Source: Podarcis erhardii (lineage: Eukaryota). Taken from it: a stretch of 64,000 nt of DNA. The notes under the pieces are model-generated. The model had not been told where the DNA came from and made no database searches. It saw only the letters and a list, made by a program, of their open reading frames with translations. The stretch is from assembly GCA_964252035.1 (NCBI GenBank), contig OZ176209.1; one strand, written 5' to 3'. Positions 61,701 to 64,000 of this stretch are shown here, piece after piece (the stretch's first letter is position 1; every line of letters begins with the position of its first letter). Position numbers and translations under genes: made by a program.

Positions 61701-63884
61701 CGCTTTTTTCGCCCTTTTCCTAAGCTGCTAAGCCGCTTAACAGCTGATCCGCTGATAAGCCGCTTCTCAGCTGATCGCTAAAAGCCGCTAGACCGCTAAT
61801 AGCGCTAATCCGCTAAGCTGTCAATGGGCTTGCTTCGCAAGACGAAAAAACCGCTAGATGAAGAGAATCGCGGAACGGATTCTTTCCGTCTTGCGAGGCA
61901 CCACTGTATCCTCTTCCCAAAGGTTGCCTGTTTGATGTGGTTTACTGTAATGTTTGCAATTAGCTCTTTAGTTTTGTCTGCTGTCTAACACTAGAAGCAG
62001 CTTCTAAATAAATGCTGGTATAGCTTGCTGTGGGATATGTGCTTCTTGGAGCTTTGGTCAGTGTATGTGTTTATGTGCTGATGTTGTAAAATATTTGATA
62101 TACTTAGTATCTGGCTGTTCATTCAAGGATATATTACCTTCTCTGGTAGCCTGCTGAAGGCTGAGGTTTCGTCTAAAGCAGGGGTCCCCAACTGTCATGC
62201 CTGTTATGGTCATGGAGGACCCCTCCTAGTTACAAAACAGATCAACCTTTGGCCTGGTCCACTAGGCTTTTCTTATGCTCTTATGCTAAGGGGGATGTTT
62301 GACACTGTGGGTGTCATATTGGAGGACCCAAAGTCTAAACTCTGGTTGCACTTCAGTTTTCCCTTCATGTTCATTCATTTATTTAATGAAGATTAAGCGC
62401 ACTGTGAAAGTACTGAAAGGCAGAGTGACATGTGTGCTTTAAGCAATTCCATAAAAGGTACCATACAATTGCAAAAAAAAAAAACTGGGCACAAAATTCA
62501 GTGTTCTGAAAAATCACATTTCATTTTTTAAAAAAGAGTGACACTTATAGCCTATGAAACAGGGAAACTCTGGTTTACTAGCTGCTGCTGGACACCATTC
62601 ATCCCTGTCCTTTGGCTGAGCTGCCTGGGACTGATGGGAGTTGTAGTCCAACAATTTCTGGAGGGCTGTAGTTCCCCCGTTCCTGCTATAACACTTCTGA
62701 GATGGGTAATGCCTTAGGGAGGAGCAAGGTTTTCCAGGGTAATTGACCGGGCTTCAATGGCCTGTTTGGCTCTTTGTCCTGCATAACTAACCAAAGCAGC
62801 ACCACGTGCAAATTTTCATTTGCAAAATTGTTTAACTGAGTGCTTTCCAGGGTGGAAGGATGCCTAGGTGCCCTGTGCAAAACGATAATGTCTGTAAAGG
62901 TAAATCTCAATTCAAGTGGAAGATTGGAGTCAGACTTGAATGCCAGACTAGGCATTCATACACAGTTTCATTAGACAAGAAATAGTTATGTGACTATTCC
63001 TCGGGGGAGACGCACAGATACACATATGGGGGGTGGGTATGATCAGCTGCTTTCTCCCATGTGAACTCTGTCACTGCCATAGTTGTCTTTAAACTCCCTC
63101 CTTCCACTATTCCTTCTGAACAGTAACAGAAGCTTTGCAGAGCCCTTTTCTTCCAATCCACCTGCGCTGCAAACTTCCATTTGCTTCTGCCTTGGCCCAG
63201 GCAAGGATGCAAGCAACAGAAGAGTGAAACAAGGAGAGGGCTCTGTGTAATCCTCTTTTTACTGTTCATGCAGGAGCAAATGGAGTTAAGCTTCTGCATG
63301 CATTTAAGCTTATGGTAGTGAATCAGTAGGCTGAGCAACAATAATAACGTCTCTTAATTAAAAACAGCTGCTTTGTTGCTATGTTGTACCTAAATTGGTC
63401 TGGCCTGGACTTCCACAAGTTGTGATCCCTGCCATCTCCCAAGCTGAACAGTGCTCCCAAGCCATGTATATTAGTGCACCAAGAGTTTGATGAACCAACT
63501 CTTTCTGTTGCCTGTGACTACCAAAATTGGCAGCGGGGGTTGGGTAGGGGGTAGGGTTGTACCTCTGGCAGGCTACAATACATGGCTTGTAGGTTGCATT
63601 TGGGTTTGGGTCACAGGCAGTGCAGGCCTGGTCAAGTATTTGTTTCCTGATTCTGAAGCATTCACCCTCATACATAGTGCCATGTTGCACTTTGAGCAAC
63701 CTTTGTGTTTGTTACTGTTCATTTTGTTTTCAGCGTATTAATGTTTAACTGGCTGTGCTCCATTTTATGTGTGTGGGTTTTATTATTTATTTATTTTTGC
63801 CTTTGCCATTCCTTCCCCCTCCCCCTTTTAAAGTCGATTTACGTCCCACACGCCTTGGCATTCAAGAGATCATACGCATCAAAG
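3396..63884 (+). CDS. MICAL3: MICAL3, partial multi-exon CDS (19 exons in window, 3924 nt if all are included; both ends of the gene outside the window)
   Basis: Spliced translation gives the LIM domain ([31 protein letters not shown]...YCKPH), [70 protein letters not shown] and [16 protein letters not shown], which I recognise as MICAL3. Intron phases chain consistently across all exons. Confidence 0.97.
3685..3746 (+). mobile_element. 5'-truncated Sauria SINE (3' end only)
   Basis: aaccccagagtcggtcacgactggacctaatggtcaggggtccctttaccttt is near-identical to the 3' end of the full copy at 12815-13154. Confidence 0.85.
6260..6316 (+). CDS. MICAL3: MICAL3 cassette exon B, 57 nt, phase 0-0 ([19 protein letters not shown])
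   Basis: ttattttgcctgcag acceptor; CGG|GTAAAA donor. Same 19-aa length and G-x-QSP-x3-R pattern as the recalled human segment TYRDLDADNRGKQSPHHER. Confidence 0.68.
6888..7113 (+). mobile_element. L2-clade LINE 3' fragment with (TAA)17 tail
   Basis: Aligns by eye to the 3' part of the copy at 31019-31463 (gatgtcaagga...tttagaagaca...cccagagtg...ggggaaacccagcc); tail at 7063-7113. Confidence 0.8.
8132..8245 (+). CDS. MICAL3: probable MICAL3 cassette exon C, 114 nt, phase 0-0 ([38 protein letters not shown])
   Basis: Long pyrimidine tract ending ttctgcag; CAG|GTGACT donor; open frame, length divisible by 3, same phase as its neighbours. No remembered human counterpart. Confidence 0.65.
9506..9613 (+). 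CDS. MICAL3: MICAL3 cassette exon D, 108 nt, phase 0-0 ([36 protein letters not shown])
   Basis: ctttattttgtag acceptor; CAG|GTAGCA donor. Matches recalled human [24 protein letters not shown]. Confidence 0.85.
10282..10647 (+). mobile_element. full-length Sauria SINE with 11-bp target-site duplication
   Basis: tRNA-like head ggtggcgctgtggg...gaatccc, (ACCTTT)n tail; TAGTTTAACCA at 10271-10281 and 10648-10658. Confidence 0.93.
11480..13240 (+). mobile_element. old, fragmented CR1 LINE (RT remnant to 3' end) interrupted by younger insertions; ends approximate
   Basis: Degenerate CR1 RT motifs: [10 protein letters not shown] (for GVPQGSVLGP), FADGTNL (for FADDTKL), a KCKV-like segment, and a CR1-type 3' region at about 12450-12610 resuming after 13155. 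Confidence 0.7.
12815..13154 (+). mobile_element. near full-length Sauria SINE with imperfect TSD
   Basis: gtggcgctgtgggttaaaccacagagcc...gttcgaatcccc...ggacctaatggtcaggggtccctttaccttt; flanks TAAAAGCAGTCAT (12802-12814) and TAAAAGAAGTCAT (13155-13167). Confidence 0.93.
14733..14840 (+). CDS. MICAL3: MICAL3 cassette exon E, 108 nt, phase 0-0 ([36 protein letters not shown])
   Basis: TAG acceptor after a pyrimidine-rich tract; CTG|GTAAGA donor. Near-identical to recalled human [36 protein letters not shown]. Confidence 0.88.
15573..15759 (+). CDS. MICAL3: MICAL3 LIM-domain exon 1, 187 nt, phase 0-1
   Basis: [62 protein letters not shown]; ctttag acceptor; G|GTAAGT donor. Confidence 0.97.
16921..17009 (+). 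CDS. MICAL3: MICAL3 LIM-domain exon 2, 89 nt, phase 1-0
   Basis: (G)[29 protein letters not shown] completes the LIM zinc ligands; tttgcag acceptor; AAG|GTAGGC donor. Confidence 0.97.
17838..17925 (+). CDS. MICAL3: MICAL3 exon H, 88 nt, phase 0-1 ([29 protein letters not shown])
   Basis: tttcccccccag acceptor; CAG|GTAGCT donor; homologous to recalled human DANGRANAVASSTERTP. Confidence 0.93.
17926..18167 (+). CDS. MICAL3: MICAL3 alternative terminal segment by read-through of the exon H donor ([10 protein letters not shown]...[40 protein letters not shown])
   Basis: Frame stays open about 80 codons past the donor to TAA (ORF track 17769..18167). Resembles the recalled C-terminus of short human MICAL3 isoforms ([19 protein letters not shown]). 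AATAAA at 18332-18337. Confidence 0.75.
26166..26350 (-). mobile_element. CR1 LINE 3' fragment
   Basis: catagaatt...agagttgg...gggtcatc...tccaacccc..gcaatgcagga is the reverse complement of a CR1 3' end and resembles 40231 onward. Confidence 0.8.
26866..27022 (-). mobile_element. tRNA-derived SINE (Squam3-like), degenerate; similar copies near 28135-28315 (-), 32123-32322 (-), 34760-34905 (-), 41370-41550 (+)
   Basis: The reverse complement starts with a tRNA-like agctcagtggtagag box and ends ...gctagatggac...tataag. Family name is from memory. Confidence 0.6.
27535..27770. mobile_element. hAT-type MITE, 236 bp
   Basis: Termini CAGGGGTCAGCAAACT and AGTTTGCCTACCCATG are imperfect inverted repeats; 8-bp flanks TTCTATAC / GTCTATAC. 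Confidence 0.88.
28754..28789. repeat. (AC)18 microsatellite
   Basis: Perfect dinucleotide run. Confidence 0.97.
31019..31463 (+). mobile_element. L2-clade LINE 3' fragment
   Basis: Translates to [27 protein letters not shown]...APTLWNALP...[11 protein letters not shown] (L2 ORF2 C-terminus, with a stop); (CAA)n tail. Confidence 0.9.
35898..36055 (+). mobile_element. older CR1 3' fragment
   Basis: gaggtggtggactctcct...aagcagagg...ggggttggacta.atgaccctcgtggtcccttc.aactct...ctatg, a typical CR1 3' terminus. Confidence 0.85.
36288..36384 (-). mobile_element. young short CR1 3' end
   Basis: Reverse complement of 40494-40574 at 80/81 nt; ATTCT-like tail; ACATGTA on both sides (36281-36287, 36383-36389) as a possible TSD. 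Confidence 0.9.
36830..37025 (+). CDS. MICAL3: MICAL3 exon I, 196 nt, phase 1-2
   Basis: (V)[64 protein letters not shown]; tttttgttccccag acceptor; AG|GTTATT donor. Confidence 0.96.
37365..37631. mobile_element. hAT-type MITE, 267 bp, with perfect 8-bp TSD
   Basis: TIRs TAGGGTTGCCATA / TATGGCAGCCCTA; CATTGCGC at 37357-37364 and 37632-37639. Confidence 0.92.
39312..39402. mobile_element. short hAT-like MITE, 91 bp
   Basis: TIRs CAGGGGTGGGGAAC / GTTCCCCACTCCTG; TSD not convincing. Confidence 0.7.
39555..39793 (+). CDS. MICAL3: MICAL3 exon J, 239 nt, phase 2-1, acidic
   Basis: [10 protein letters not shown]...[26 protein letters not shown]...EEEEVSSE; ctctgcag acceptor; G|GTTAGT donor. Confidence 0.96.
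40231..41300 (-). mobile_element. CR1 LINE fragment (RT C-terminal region and 3' end) containing a nested + strand CR1 end
   Basis: Minus-strand ORFs give [17 protein letters not shown]...FADDTKLGG and [23 protein letters not shown]...[10 protein letters not shown], split across frames. Confidence 0.93.
40465..40574 (+). mobile_element. young short CR1 3' end nested in the older minus-strand CR1
   Basis: aagcagaggcttgac...ggggttggactcgatggcccttgtggtctcttccaactctatgattctatga; host CR1 sequence resumes on both sides. Confidence 0.9.
43100..43189 (+). CDS. MICAL3: probable MICAL3 cassette exon K, 90 nt, phase 1-1 ([30 protein letters not shown])
   Basis: ccccctgctgtag acceptor; AAG|GTACCC donor; open, frame-preserving between two phase-1 junctions. 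Not in the ORF track because it is under 60 aa. Confidence 0.7.
44568..44705 (+). CDS. MICAL3: MICAL3 exon L, 138 nt, phase 1-1
   Basis: (A)[45 protein letters not shown] matches recalled human [29 protein letters not shown]; ctgctag acceptor; G|GTAAAC donor. Confidence 0.94.
46566..46807. mobile_element. Tc1/mariner (Tigger-like) MITE, 242 bp
   Basis: Termini CAATGGTACCTCTGGTTA / TAACCCAAGGTACCACTG, TA on both flanks, internal repeated TAACCTGAA motif. Confidence 0.9.
48428..48490 (+). CDS. MICAL3: probable MICAL3 cassette exon M, 63 nt, phase 1-1 ([21 protein letters not shown])
   Basis: T-rich tract + ttcag acceptor; GAG|GTAGTT donor; GC/CpG-rich relative to its flanks; three TGCATG motifs downstream. 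Confidence 0.78.
48630..48701 (+). promoter_or_regulatory. cluster of three RBFOX-type TGCATG splicing elements downstream of cassette exon M
   Basis: TGCATG at 48630, 48668 and 48696, 140-211 nt after the donor. Confidence 0.65.
50005..50110 (+). mobile_element. short L2-like 3' end with (TCAA)n tail
   Basis: tgtgaaccgccct.agacctccggg.atagggcggtatat...aataaatcaatcaatcaatc. Confidence 0.65.
50861..50953 (+). CDS. MICAL3: MICAL3 exon N, 93 nt, phase 1-1 ([31 protein letters not shown])
   Basis: tttattctag acceptor; G|GTATGG donor; ends GDTGAELDD as in recalled human MICAL3. Confidence 0.92.
51564..51722 (+). CDS. MICAL3: MICAL3 exon O, 159 nt from the CAG acceptor, phase 1-1 ([29 protein letters not shown]16-TAAPSVETE); 5' boundary uncertain
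   Basis: [12 protein letters not shown] matches recalled human PSDADRE..ELELRVSE; G|GTACCA donor. Candidate in-frame starts are 51546 (TG), 51561 (GAG) and 51564 (CAG). Confidence 0.88.
51647..51694 (+). repeat. coding trinucleotide repeat (GAA)15 GAG encoding 16 Glu
   Basis: Perfect GAA run inside exon O. Confidence 0.97.
52579..52633. repeat. perfect 27-bp tandem duplication
   Basis: GACCTGTAATGAGCCACACCTCTACAA twice, head to tail. Confidence 0.95.
52911..53002 (+). CDS. MICAL3: MICAL3 exon P, 92 nt, phase 1-0 ([31 protein letters not shown])
   Basis: ttttccttcag acceptor; GAA|GTAAGA donor; supplies exactly the phase 1-to-0 change needed between exon O and the large exon. Peptide is poorly conserved. 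Confidence 0.78.
55593..57450 (+). CDS. MICAL3: MICAL3 large Pro/Ser-rich exon Q, 1858 nt, phase 0-1
   Basis: Contains most of the 589-aa ORF 55764..57533 and extends upstream in frame to the ctgtgtag acceptor ([27 protein letters not shown]...); G|GTATAG donor after PIVRAA. Confidence 0.96.
58825..59032 (-). mobile_element. tRNA-derived SINE (Squam1/MIR-like)
   Basis: Reverse complement reads gagagccatggtggtgcagtggtta...ggttcaaatcc...gggtgaccttg...ctcacagggttgttg. Family name is tentative. Confidence 0.7.
59323..59417 (+). CDS. MICAL3: MICAL3 exon R, 95 nt, phase 1-0 ([32 protein letters not shown])
   Basis: ccatcgcag acceptor; GAG|GTAAGA donor; matches recalled human [32 protein letters not shown]. 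Confidence 0.96.
60628..60763. mobile_element. hAT-type MITE (136 bp); degenerate relatives near 26380-26510, 49437-49547 and elsewhere
   Basis: cagaagtgggaacctgtggccttccagatgttg ... caacatctgtagggcc...cccaatccctg; flanks GCATAGAG / GCTTAGAG. Confidence 0.8.
61551..61906. mobile_element. young Tc1/mariner (Tigger-like) MITE, 356 bp, CpG-rich
   Basis: Termini CAGTGGTGCCCCGCAAGACG / CGTCTTGCGAGGCACCACTG (19/20 inverted match), TA flanks, about 30 intact CpGs. Confidence 0.93.
63834..63884 (+). CDS. MICAL3: MICAL3 cassette exon S, 51 nt, phase 0-0 ([17 protein letters not shown])
   Basis: Long pyrimidine tract + ttttaaag acceptor; AAG|GTAGTG donor; CpG-containing; I recall a similar insert in MICAL3 isoforms of other vertebrates. 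Confidence 0.8.
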
Positions 63885-64000
63885 GTAGTGTCTCCATTCT
63901 CATTGACTGGCCACAGTTGCATGCATTCCCATTATTAACCTTCCAGAACTATAGTCTATGTCCCATCTCCCTGCCTTTGTTTGTACTAATGTAATTCCTG

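Noticed and set aside
62179-62332. Possible hAT MITE starting caggggtccccaac with gtctaaag/gtctaaac flanks
   Set aside because: The right terminus is too degenerate to call with confidence.
1-64000. Intronic miRNA or snoRNA genes
   Set aside because: No convincing C/D or H/ACA box arrangement or non-transposon hairpin seen by eye; an Infernal/Rfam scan would be needed to exclude them.

Overview
Vertebrate (squamate, most likely lacertid lizard, judged from the Sauria SINE subfamilies) genomic DNA. The window lies inside one gene on the + strand, the central-to-3' part of MICAL3 (F-actin monooxygenase). By hand I could join 19 exons (3924 nt, 1308 codons) with GT-AG sites and consistent phases. 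They run from a cluster of five phase-0 cassette exons through the LIM domain, the acidic linker and the 1858-nt Pro/Ser-rich exon to the start of the C-terminal region. The monooxygenase/CH exons (upstream) and the coiled-coil/bMERB exons (downstream) are outside the window. Introns carry Sauria SINEs, other tRNA-derived SINEs, CR1 and L2 remnants, hAT and Tc1/mariner MITEs and microsatellites. I found no prokaryote-type system and no second gene. The best leads concern RNA processing: (1) an 81-bp near-perfect inverted CR1 pair bracketing two exons that would form an in-frame, stop-free 435-nt circle; (2) an exon whose homologous acceptor position reads TG instead of AG and which carries a (GAA)15 expansion; (3) an intron read-through hydrophobic tail after the LIM region giving a short isoform without the autoinhibitory C-terminus; (4) two arrays of symmetric cassette exons, some with nearby RBFOX motifs. 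Comparisons with human MICAL3 are from memory, not a search, and need checking by alignment.
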